DNA from: Sminthopsis crassicaudata
Taxonomy: Eukaryota
Length of the DNA stretch: 64,000 nucleotides
Assembly: GCF_048593235.1 (NCBI RefSeq)
Contig: NC_133622.1
Location: forward strand, 236,809,198 to 236,873,197
Direction: 5' to 3'
Below the pieces are notes generated by a model, which saw only the letters and a list, made by a program, of their open reading frames with translations, made no database searches and was not told where the DNA came from. How positions within the stretch are numbered: the first letter of the stretch is position 1; each line of letters opens with the position of its first letter. Below, piece by piece: positions 22,985 through 34,445 of this stretch. Both the position numbers and the translations under genes were made by a program.

Positions 22985-25089
22985 AAATGTATAGATAAAA
23001 ATGAATTGTGACTTTGGCAAAAATGGTTATCTTGAATTTGATTTTGGAATGACTATAGAACAAGCAGAACCAAATTTGTGTAAAACATTCATCTGTGTCC
23101 TTATGAGCAGCTTGCGTGAAACTGGATATTATAATGTAGTCTTCGATTTTGAGTTGAAGCCTTTTCTTTTGGATGCTGAAAAAAAAACAGAACTACTTGT
23201 ACAATTCAGGGTCATCCATGTTACCTCTCTCTTTTATATTTTGTCACTTTTAAATAATGACACTGGATGAGATGTTCTTTTCCAGCTCTAAATTTACAGA
23301 TGTCCTCTTAATTACTCAACAAATTACTCAACATTTGTGATATGTCTGTTATGTGCGGGACATCATCCTGGAAACTGGAACACAGACAAAAATTCACTTG
23401 GTTCATACATATTATAGAGTAATAAATGGAAGATGTAAAAACAAATATAAGCATTTAAGGGGTCACTAACACTTGAGAAATAGAGTCCCCTCCTTCCTTT
23501 GTAATGCTGCAGTAAAAGCTTCCCTTTAACTTGTTAATGTCCAAATTGTATGCAATATCATAGAAAGAGGCCAATTTCCTCCTATTCTAAGCTGATCTTA
23601 TATGTAGAAGAAAGAAAGAAATTCTAACTTGAAGTAGCTCAAGAGACAATCGGAAGTTTCCACCTTCCTTACAAAAGATGTACTTTGGTAATCTTTTTCT
23701 GACGTCTGGACTTCTATCAACAGTCTTTTAAAATATGTTTAAATTCTCCTTTTTATTTTGACCTTAATTATTAAACTTATTTCATTAGTAAAAGAAAAAG
23801 AAAAGAGGATTGTATAGGAAAATGTGGATTTCCGTTATGTAGAATTAATCTGCAATATATATATATATTTTTCATAACTGAAATTATATACAAACATATA
23901 CACAAACTTCTCTTCTGGAGTAGATCATCTTCATAACCTGGTTCCATTCTATTCTACCCATTTCCTACCTTTCTGGAAATAATTTCTATAGGAAATATAT
24001 TTCTATATTTAGTGAGGCTTGTCCTTGTATGGAATATATCCATTAGTGGGGCCACATTCTAAAATTTTCAAGCTTAGTAGGATCCATTTTCTACTGATAT
24101 GTTCTATAAGAAAGAATTCACATGTCTCTCATTGACATGAGGCATTGGAGGTAGATTCTCACCTCACATAAGTGTTTATAAATCAGCCTTTAGGCTGCTG
24201 ATTTGCCATCACTTTCAGTACAAAATCAGTTCATTTACTAATGTGGTCATACTTTTCATCTCTGAGGCTCTTTCTGATGTTGCTTTAATACATGTTATTA
24301 TTAACCAGGTGCTCTATTCTGCTCATGCCTATCATGCCTTTGTCTTTCTATTAAATCTTGAATTTCCCCAAAGTAGATTTTAAAAATTCTGCTCCATTAT
24401 TTACAGCAATGGGAAGTTGTTTCAGTGCATCCTGGATATTAATGATATTCATGACCCAGTGTGCTTTGAGAAGTGGACATAGTGGGCACAATGGATTTGT
24501 GGTCAAAATTTCTGGATTTTGCCACTTGCACTTGTGTGATGTTCATCAGGTCATTTAACCATCCTAAATCTTAGTTTCATTATGAACAAAATTTAAGAGT
24601 TGGACTGAATGATCATAATTATAAATTATGAAAATGAAATTATAAATTATTTTTCCCCTTTAAGGCATAATTACATGAGAGGCACCCTTCTTCTGTTTGT
24701 GATTCTAACTGGAAGCAACCTCAAGACTTTGAGTAAGCCTGCCTATTTGGGTTCAGATGTTCATGTGGGTTAGAATAAAAATGAAAGAAACATGGTGTAT
24801 TTTCTTCTAGGCCCATGGAAAATGCTCAAAATGGTGAGCAGCAGAAAATATAACCTCTAGCCCTTACATAGTGATTTAAAATTTGCAAGGCACTTTACCT
24901 ATGTTATCTCATTTGATTCCCCAAATAAACCTCTGAAGTAAATACTATTTTCAGATTATTATGGATTATTAAAGTTTTTTTTTACAGATAAGGAAAGTAA
25001 GCCTGAGAGAAGTGACTTGGCCAGGTTCATAGAGTTTGTTTAAGGCAGGATTCGAACTCAGGTTTTCCAGACTTTAGGTTGAATACTCC

Positions 25090-25560
25090 ATTTTGAACTG
25101 GCCATTTTGTTCAAATGCCAATTGTATGCTTGTCAAAAAGACTGTTGAATGGAGAATTCACACAGGACAAGCATTCACTTGTTGGCCAGAAGAAACACTG
25201 CAAGGATACTCTCAAGGTCTTTCTTAAGAACTTTAGAATTGATTATATGACATGGGAGTCACTGGCACAGGACCACCCTGCATGGTTGTGCCCTCATCAG
25301 AGAAAGTGCTGTCTGAGCAAAGTATAATTGAATTAGATCAGAAGAAATACAAGATGCACAAAGTTAGAACGTCCACCCCAAATACTCATAGGGACTATTT
25401 GTGCCCAACCTGTGGTAGAGCATTCTGAGCTCCTACTGAACTAATCAGCTACAGCTGCAAACATTGTGATTCAAATGCAACATAGTGATGCCAAGAATGA
25501 AGGACAATTACCTACCAACCAACCAACCAACCAACCAACAAAATAACCAACTAACCAACA
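25090..25560 (+). mobile_element. Marsupial RTE LINE 3' end with (CCAA)n tail, copy A
   Basis: Translates to RTE C-terminus-like KRLLNGEFTQDKHSLVGQKKHCKDTLKVFLKNFRID..WESLAQDH; (CCAA)n tail at 25514-25560. Confidence 0.85.
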
Positions 25561-27144
25561 CTCCATCTATTTCACTAGTTAGATATTTCAGGAAAACATT
25601 GAGAACTGAAAACCAGAGGATAGTAGTTTGTGAATTATCCTTGATCTAACCCATTATCTAGTGTTGAAAATTAGAGGGTCATATCTGTGTTTCTGACTAT
25701 TGACTCAACTCTTATGGATACAGAGATAATAAGACCAACAGAGTAAAGGAGAGGTTTTAAATTGAAGGCATGGCTTTTAAATACAAAAGTTTTACTAGAG
25801 TCCCTGAGAAAGCTTGCTATTTTTCAGGTTTCCATATTTTTTTTCTGAGCTTTGAAAGGACTACTTTTTGTTTTCTTTTACCTATAAATAGACTTTAATT
25901 CTGGAGTCTTTGGAACTTGTTTACAAGAAGAGTAGGGATAATACAATGAATAGCACCACCTAACAAATTCACAGTTTCTCTGTTGGTTAGTGGTATTACA
26001 CATCCCTGAGGGGTGGAGATATATATACACACATACATGATGTAGCCTTTTGTGTCATACCTCTAACACAAGAGTAATAATTACATTCTATGATATACAT
26101 AGAATGCTCTATTGGACTTAAATTTTTTTATTATTACATATTTTTATTGATATCTTTTGTCTTTCTCTTCCCATTATTTGTCAATATTTCTCAGCTAACT
26201 CACATAGAGAACCATTATCTCCCAAGATAAATAAAGAATAAAAAAGAAAGAGGAAAAAGTCAGATGAACAAAATTAAACAGCACACCAATCAAGTCTCAT
26301 AGTACATGCAATAGGTTGTCCCCTTTATCCCTGTAAAACAGAGAGAAAGGTGCCTTTTCCTGACTCTTCTTCAGAGTTAAATTTTATCATTACACACACA
26401 GAGGATTTATTTTAAAGTTGTTTTACATAATTGAATATATCACATTTCAGGTTCTTATTTCTCTTTTCATCAGTCTTCCTGTTATTTATTTGACTTTTCA
26501 AAACTTTTATACATAATTCATGATCTTCATAATAAAAAGGTATGTGTATATATGTACATGTATGTGTATGTGCATTTTTTCAGATGAAGAAAGGGGATTT
26601 AGGGAGGATAAGTGATGTGCTTAACTCCATACATAAAATAAATTAGATGAACACCCTTCTTATTATACATTATTGGGACCAGGATATTCAGGAAAGCAAA
26701 CACTAGTCTGAGCAGCACTTCATATTCATGTAGATGTAGATAATATGGGAGAGGGACAGCCTTAGAGTCAGGAATATGGGATTTCAAGCTTCATCTCTGA
26801 TACATACTGACTTTGTGACTTGAAGAGAATCAATTAAAATTTCAAATACACTGTTGGAGGAGGTAGTCATATCAATCATGCTTTTCATTGAAGGAAGCAC
26901 GGGTCCAGTCCAAAATAGAAACAATGAAAATAACAGAAAGAAATTCTAACCAAAAATGAAATGCTGAGGAAGAAACTGTGATGGAAACATTAAAGAGGAA
27001 GGTTCTTTGTATTAAGAACAGATAATTTATTTAAAGCTTTTCTAGAATATTACTGTTGGGAACATTTATGTAGTGCCCTGGACACCCATTTCTTCCCATT
27101 CTGATTCAGGATAAGGTAATTCCATGGGGCCCACATCACTCCCT

Positions 27145-28074
27145 TCATTTCTCATTTTTCTTCAGTGTCCTGACCCACAATTTCCTCATGGCATTCTTCA
27201 CTTCAGAATTTCTTAAGGAGTAGATAATTGGGTTCAAGAGAGGAGTGATCACTGTGTAGAATACGGCTACCATTTTGTCAACAGAAAGTGTGGTGGAGGG
27301 CCGCATATAGATGAAGATGCAGGGCCCAAAGAGTAAGACAACCACAGTAATGTGTGAGGCACAGGTGGAGAGAGCCTTTTGGCGTCCCTCCTTGCTGTGC
27401 CCTCTCAGGTGTACCAAGATGACAGCATAAGAGGTAAGGAGAACCCCAAAACTAATCAGTGAAAGGCTCCCACCATTAACCACAATGAGCTGACCTATGA
27501 AGTAAGTGTCAGTGCAGGCAAGTTCCAGCAGAGGGAGTAGGTCACAGAAATAGTGGTCAATCACATTGGGGCCACAGAAGGGTAAACGGAACATGAGGAG
27601 AATTTGGGCAATTGAGTGGAGGAAGCCACCCATCCAGGACACCCCCAACAAGAGCCCACACATCTGCTTGCTCATAATTGTCATATAGTGTAGAGGTTTA
27701 CATATGGCCACGCACCTGTCATAGGCCATTATTGTCAGTAGGAAGATTTCAATACCACCAAAGAAATGCATAAAGAATAGCTGTGTGATACAGCCCTCTA
27801 GGGAGATGGTTTTCTTTTTAACAAGTAAATCCACAATGAGTTTGGGAGATGTAGTGGAAGAATAGCAGATCTCCACAAAGGAGAGATGACTGAGGAAGAA
27901 ATACATAGGAGAGCCAAGGCTTTTGCTGCATTTGATAGTTAACACTATGAGAGAATTCCCCAACACTACAGCAGTATACATGAGCAGAAACACCACAAAG
28001 AAAACTCTCTGAACTTCTTGTTTGGAAGAGAATCCTAGAAAAATGAATTCTGTCACATTGCTGGTTGGCAGCAT
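27145..28074 (-). CDS. OR4X2: Olfactory receptor OR4X2-like, copy A (309 aa; MAYDRC variant)
   Basis: Intact OR ORF; C-terminus LWVRTLKKNEK and NGGSLSLISFGVLL resemble recalled OR4X2. AG acceptor 5 nt upstream of the ATG. Confidence 0.92.
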   Translation of the reverse strand: MLPTSNVTEFIFLGFSSKQEVQRVFFVVFLLMYTAVVLGNSLIVLTIKCSKSLGSPMYFFLSHLSFVEICYSSTTSPKLIVDLLVKKKTISLEGCITQLFFMHFFGGIEIFLLTIMAYDRCVAICKPLHYMTIMSKQMCGLLLGVSWMGGFLHSIAQILLMFRLPFCGPNVIDHYFCDLLPLLELACTDTYFIGQLIVVNGGSLSLISFGVLLTSYAVILVHLRGHSKEGRQKALSTCASHITVVVLLFGPCIFIYMRPSTTLSVDKMVAVFYTVITPLLNPIIYSLRNSEVKNAMRKLWVRTLKKNEK

Positions 28075-29224
28075 GATTGCTAGTCAAAGGGTCAAGAATT
28101 CTTTGAAATCTATAAATCAATAGCCAAAGTCTTAAATCAGAATGGTGGCCAAAGGCAGAACCGCCTATTATTCATAGAATGGTCAACAGGGTAACTGCAA
28201 GGGCCGATTTATCAGGTGATAATTAAAAATCAAATTACTGTAAGGATCATTAACAATATAGGATCTGAGGGAGTACAGTTTTCGGATGTAAAAGCACTCT
28301 CATCATTGAGATAGGGATTAGTCAGGAAGATCCTTGAGAATGAGAAATGAAGAGGAATCAGCCAGGGCTGTAGAACTTGGGAGACTTATTCAGTGTACCC
28401 CAATTTATGACTTTAAACTCTCCTGCTCCTTTTGCTGGAACTGCTGTTCTTGGGTAGGCCACAAAGCATGGGGAATTTGCTAGGAGAGGATCCTGTGAAA
28501 TGGTGCAAAAGAAGAAATCCAGTCTTTGAAATTAGTTGTGTCATTGTCACAGCAACATAGCATTTGTAAGGCACCTTAAAGATCATCTCATTTAATCCCT
28601 TATTTTATAATCAAAAAAACCAAGGCTCAGGGAGTTCAATTTAGCAAGTATTCATTAAGAATCTAAGTTATACAATACATCATGCAGAGCACCAAAGATA
28701 AGGAAACAAATGAAACAAAAAAGTAGTTTTTTCTCTCAAGAATGTTTATTCCTCTGGAAAAATATATACACATACATATATGTGTATATGTGTATCCATG
28801 TTTTGATATATATGTAATCTATTGATATATATCATAAAACTTATCAATTAAAAGGCATTTACTTTTCATTGCCCCTCTATTCTCCTCCCTCCTTGACAAT
28901 TCAAAAGCAAACTGATTTTTTAAAAAATAAATTTACATGACCACATTGGTTGTGTCCAAAAATGTCCGTCTTATTCTACACTTTGAATCCATCACTTCTC
29001 TGGCAGGAAGGAGGTCGCATGCTTCATTGTTAATCTTCTGAAATCTTGGATTGATATTATACAGAACAAAGTTTACAAGTCTTTCAAAGTTGTTTTTCCA
29101 CTATAATGTTATTTTTATTGTATAACTTTTTTATTATGGAATTTGGGATAAAGCATCTCCACATAGGATTTAATCCAAAGTAATTCAATTACCATGTGTA
29201 AAAGAAGGACCTAGGAAGATGTCA

Positions 29225-29710
29225 ATTTTTAATTTTAATTTTCCAGTAAATAATATTTTGTAAAGATAGTTTTCAGCATTCATTTTAAATAAGATTTTGA
29301 GTTTCAATTTTTTTCTCCCTCTCTCTTTTTCCCCCTCCTTAAGATAGCAAGCAATCTGATATAGAGTATACATGTGCAATCATGTAAACTCATTTCTGTT
29401 AGTCATGTTGTAAAATAAGAAACAGAACAAAAGGAAAAGCCTTTTGTGAAAAATAAAACCAAAAAAAAGAGAAATAGTATATTTCATTCAATCTGCAATC
29501 AGACTCCATATTTCTTTTTTTCTGGATGTGGATAGCATTTTTCATTATGAATCTTTTGAAATTCTCTTGGATCATTGTATTACTGAGAAGAGCCAAGTCA
29601 GTTACTGCTGTTAACTATGCACAATGTTCTCTTGGTTATGCTCACTTCACTCAGCATCAGTTCATGTAAATCTTTCTGGATTTTTCTGAAACCTGCCTGC
29701 TTATCATTTC
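29225..29710 (-). mobile_element. Old L1 3' end, copy A (paralog 44545-45037, resuming at 45765-46070)
   Basis: TCACTTCACTCAGCATCAGTTCATGTAAATCTTT and related L1 3' phrases; interrupted by a retrocopy. Confidence 0.8.
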
Positions 29711-29769
29711 CTCCCTTCCTCCCTTTCTCCTTTCCTCCCTCTTTTCCTCCCTTTCTTTCCCCTCCTTCC

Positions 29770-30326
29770 TCCCTTTCTTTTTTTCCCATACAATATTAAT
29801 TGGTAAAACACTGAATACAAGCTTCACCATTACGAAGCAATACACTAAGCAATATTCCAAAAAGATTCTTAAGCAAAAAGAAAAACTAGCCACTAAGAGT
29901 ACAAACATTACACAGCTACACAAAACATAAAAATGTAGACTTTCAAATAATATAGTCAAAAAGAACTATAGTCTCATTTTGATACACTGTGATTATTTCA
30001 GTTCTTTCCTTTGCCACACAATAATGTTAAAGGCTTAGTGATTGCAATATTTATTGTATTCTAACTGTAATTTTGTCTCATCTAAGTATTTTTTCTTTAT
30101 GCCCCATTAAATGTTATTAGGATGCACATTTACACCAATGCTTTACATACATTTTAAACAAAATTCAAACTTTACCACATTCTTCAAACATAAGTTTTTA
30201 TATGAAGGAATTAAATGTAATGATAGCACAAACAAAATGTAATTCCCCATAACTTTTTAAAATAATTAATCTTTTGAGAGATGAGAATTCACTAAAAATA
30301 TTAAAATTCCAAGCCAATCTGATGTC
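29770..30326 (-). pseudogene. Putative retroposed mRNA 3'-UTR fragment, copy A (runs into a gap; AATAAA deleted)
   Basis: Non-repeat U/GU-rich sequence with a purine-rich decayed tail, interrupting an L1; paralog of 45120-45760. Confidence 0.55.
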
Positions 30327-30457
30327 NNNNNNNNNNNNNNNNNNNNNNNNNNNNNNNNNNNNNNNNNNNNNNNNNNNNNNNNNNNNNNNNNNNNNNNNNN
30401 NNNNNNNNNNNNNNNNNNNNNNNNNNNNNNNNNNNNNNNNNNNNNNNNNNNNNNNNN
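30327..30457. other. Assembly gap (131 N)
   Basis: N run. Confidence 1.
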
Positions 30458-30462
30458 TCCAA

Positions 30463-30603
30463 GGGGCACCTACATGGCACAGAGGATAGAGCATTGGCCC
30501 TGAAATCAGGAGGATCTAAATTGAAATCCAGTCTCAGAGACATAATACTTCCTTAGCTGGGTGACCCTGGTCACTTAACCCTAACTGCCTCAGCAAAAAA
30601 AGG
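30463..30603 (+). mobile_element. CORE SINE shared by both OR4X2 units (paralog 46080-46220)
   Basis: GGGGCACCTACATGGCACAGAGGATAGAGCA..GGTGACCCTGG..CACTTAACCC..GCCTCAGCAAAAA. Confidence 0.8.
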
Positions 30604-32024
30604 ATCATGGAATTCCTTGGCTTTTTCAGAGCCAAATCCAGTTACTTTTACAAACCCAAGTGTAGTAGGCAGACAATAGTTACATAAACAATAGTTACAT
30701 ACATCAACAACTGGATTTTACTAAGAACATATTACTGTTGAGATTGAATTTTGGGTGCAATTTTAAAAAAAAACCCTCCAAACTCCAAACAGGTACTTAA
30801 TTAATGTTTGGTGATTAAATTACTTCCAGAGCTGAATAGAGTTGATCACAGAATACAACTATATCTTTTTTGGAAAACACTCCCCTACCTGATTTCTCTG
30901 TATATTTTTAAAGCTCCAGTGAAAAAAGCCTTATGGGGCCTGAGCTTGTAAAACATCTAAAAAAAGTTAAACATGGTTCAGGCAATGAAGGGTTGACTTT
31001 AAAACCTGGTCACTCAGCTTTCTCCATTTCTCTTAATTAGCTAGTCAGAAGGACCATGATTTATCCCGCCTGGCATTCCTTTTGACTCCTTGAACATCTG
31101 GAAAGTAGAATTATTTTCTTCTTGAAAGTCCCTGGGAGTTCATAAGAACTGTTTCTGTTCTCAGCTATGTTTAAGAGGTAAGAAGGTCTTCCCAACCCAA
31201 AGCTAGTAAGCTTTAGAATTATGAAACATTACAGAATATGAGGAACATTAGGCCCAGAAAGATCAACCAATTAACATTTATTAAGCACTTTATTGCAGAC
31301 ATTGTGCTAAGGGTTGGGATACAAAGAAAGACAAAAGGCAGTCTCTGCTTTCAAGGGGTTCACAGTCTAATGTTCTAGAGATAAACAAAGTCACGGAGGC
31401 AAAGATTGAATACATGACTTGTGAATTTACAACCAATACTTTTCTAGAGCTGCTTCTTGGAATATAGAATTTGAGAATTATAAGGGACTCTAGTGGTCAT
31501 TTAGTCCAACCTATACCTGAAGAAGAATCCTTACTAAAAAGAGCCTGACAAGTGTCTACTCAAAGATCTATTGTGAGGGAGAACTTCTTCCCACTGGCTG
31601 CCATGATTGACTATTCTACTTTTGGATCATTTAAGGTAGGTCTTTCCAACCTGGGATCCATCAACTTCTTAAGAAATATTTGATAACTTTCAATGTAATG
31701 ATATTTCACATATTTCATTTTAATAATAATCTTATATATTTTATTTTTTATGTAGTTAACCCTGAGAAAGATTCCAAGGACTTCAATAGGCTAGCTAAGA
31801 CAAACACTCACATTCACCATGAAGACCTCCTTTTCTATTAAAAAAGTTTCACCCCTGCCATGAAACCTTAATTTCATCCTTCAGCACAGTTGGGCTTCCA
31901 CCCATTTCAATGGGAGTCCAGAAAATCCAAGGGAAGTCAAAGAGGATGAAACAATGAAATTGGGCTTCTCAGGGGACCAGGCACAGGAAGCTCTGAATTC
32001 CTGGTCTCCCTCCACCTTCTTTAC

Positions 32025-32101
32025 CTTTTCTGAATCACAGGAATCATGGATGGCGGATGAGCAGCTCCAAACTATCTCATCTCACATTTTAGCTTAAGGA
32101 G
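32025..32101 (-). other. Putative 77-nt 5'-UTR exon of OR4X2-like copy A
   Basis: Minus strand reads TTTTTCTCCAGTTTCCTGACAG|...GAAAAG|GTAAAG; identical splice sites in copy B. Confidence 0.5.
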
Positions 32102-33039
32102 CTGTCAGGAAACTGGAGAAAAATAGATGAGATATCTCAGAAGCAAATCTATGATCCTATTATGATCTATAATATAATATCTGAATAATCCAAGTTGAAA
32201 GGGAATATCTAGGTCAACTCTCTCATTGCAGAGATGCAATTTAATCCCACCATTGTCTAAGTATCTACTGAGTGCAAAGTGTTGTTAGACACTAGAGATA
32301 CAAAGCAAGGACAAAACAGTCACTCTTCTCTGGGAGCTTAGGTTTTGCTGAGAGAACTGCTTAGAGAAATAAAATTCGAAGGTCTCAGATATAGTAAATT
32401 GCAGTCAGGATTCTAACCCAGAACTTCTACCTCAAAATGCAGATGATTTGTCATTAAGCCAAGTAATGTAGCTAATTTTATATATAGAAGCAGTTAAAGA
32501 ACAAACCTTACGACATCCTTCATATGAAATATGACAATATAAGGAACCAGGGACACCAGTTTCACTATAAAGATGTCAGGAAGACTTAAAATTAATTTCA
32601 CAGAAAACCAGGATCTCATGGCTAGCTATTAAATTATTAATAGTCCAAGAATTAGAAAAAAATACTTCAATTAATCTCCTTAATCATTGTTTCTAGTTAG
32701 AGCTATGGAAAGGAATCTACCCCTGTTCTTTCTTTGAATAGACAAATTTAATCATTAAAAAAAAGTCCTTCCCAAGGATGTATGATCTGAGACTTGGTCA
32801 AGTATAATGATTTTCATAGAGGAAAGGTCTTTTTAAAAACAATTTTTTAAAATTGTCAGATATTTTTCTCCCTCTCACTTCCTACTCAACAACAACAACA
32901 ACAACAACAAAAACATAACCTCATAACAAATACACATAGATAATTCCATTTCTGAGGAAATAGCTGATACCAGTTAGCAGAAAATTAGCCCTCCCTAACC
33001 TTCTTTTTATTCACCATATTCCCTGAAAGTGACTCAACT

Positions 33040-33420
33040 GAGAATGGGCTTCCCCTCTCTCTAACTAAGCAGCCTGGAAAGATTGCTATGATTCTTGAGG
33101 AGTGCCAGCCAAACATGGAATAATAGCACAACAACAGAAAGTCAGAGCCCACCTCAGTACATGGATTCAGCTAAGAAAATTTCCCTTCTTATCTGAGATT
33201 AGATCTAAGGGGTGAAGTAGAAATAGGTACCCAGATTTCAGCTTATCTTGTTCTAAAAGCCACTAGTCAATAAGATGATTGGGGAAAAAAGCCCAAAGTT
33301 TATCTAATGGAAAACTGAATTAGGGAATTGAGATCCCCTGAAGCTTCCCATTGTCTCCTGTCAGGGGACTTTCCCCAGTAGACTAAATTAAACTTGTAAG
33401 TTAAGGAACCTTTGTTCTAA
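33040..33420 (-). promoter_or_regulatory. Candidate promoter/first exon of OR4X2-like copy A
   Basis: Its reverse complement aligns with 54525-54930 (GGGGAAAG, TCAGGG, AATTCCC, GCTTTTAGAACA, CTGAG|GTGGG); about 5.2 kb upstream of the ATG. Confidence 0.6.
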
Positions 33421-33592
33421 TCCCCAGCTTCTTAAATTGTGCTCGTGACCCCCAAATCTCATAACTCAATTGACAAATTATGATTTATTATTAGTAAATA
33501 TTTGATTTGAACGACTACTTTATATATCCATATTCCTAGGATGCCATGAAAGAATGGGTCATGAGTGGTAAAACTTTGAGAAGCTTTGGTCT
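33421..33592. mobile_element. Old hAT-like MITE next to the promoter (paralog 49347-49540)
   Basis: Termini CCAGCTTCTTAAA and TTTAAGAAGCCTTGG in copy B, with TCTAAT on both sides. Confidence 0.5.
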
Positions 33593-33660
33593 AATTCATC
33601 AAATAAAAAATTACTGCTTTTCATCACATATTAAATTGATCCGACATTTTAAAAATTATA

Positions 33661-34445
33661 ACTTTTTATTGACAGTACATATGCATGGGTAATTTTTTCA
33701 ACCTTTTCCCTTGCACTTCTGTTCCGACGTTTCCTTCCCGTAGATGGCAGTCAGTCTTATCCATGTTAAATATGTTATAGTATATCCTAGATACAATATA
33801 TGTGTACAGAACCATACAGTTCTTTTGTTGCACAAGAAGAATTGGATTCAGAAGGTAAAAAAAAAACTGGAAAGAAAAACAAAAATGCAAACAGTTTACA
33901 CTAATTTCCTAGTGTTCCTTTTCTGGGTGTAGCTGATTCTGTCCATCATTGATCAATTGGAACTGAATTAAATCTTCTCTTTGTTGAAGACATCCATTTC
34001 CATCAGAATACATCCTCATACAGTATTGTTGTTGAAGTATATAATGATCTCCTGGTTCTGCTCATTTCATTCAGCATCAGTTGATGTAAGTCTCTCCAAG
34101 CCTCTCTGTATTCCTCCTGCTGGTCATTTCTTACAGAACAATAATATTCCATAACATTCATATGCCACAATTTACACAACCATTCTCCAATTGATGGGCA
34201 TTCATTCATTTTCCAGTTTCTAGCCACTACAAAAAGGGCTGCCACAAACATTTTGGCACATACAGATCCCTTTCCCTGCGTATCTCTTTTGGATATAAGG
34301 CCAGTAGTAACAAGGATATGCACAGTTTGATAACTTTTTGGGCATAATTCCAAATTGCTCTCCAGAATGGTTGGATTCATTCACAACTCCACCAACATTG
34401 CATCAGTGTCTCAGTTTTCCTGCATCCCCTCCAACATTCCTCATT
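33661..34445 (-). mobile_element. L1 3' fragment (stack element 1)
   Basis: T-rich tail at 33661; ORF2 C-terminus GKGSVCAKMFVAALFVVARNWK. Confidence 0.88.

Larger units (their letters stand above)
11400..23665 (+). repeat. Tandem segmental duplication of the OR4B unit (~11400-17885 vs ~18430-23665)
   Basis: Colinear shared blocks 11.45/18.48, 12.4/20.3, 13.3/20.7, 14.0/21.25, 15.3/21.4, 16.25/21.96 and 17.5/23.3 kb. Confidence 0.9.

Noticed and set aside
27818-28120. 100-aa overlapping ORFs (also 43016-43318) as stand-alone proteins
   Set aside because: They begin at TTG in probable intron sequence and are conserved only because of duplication and conversion; considered only as a possible spliced uORF frame.
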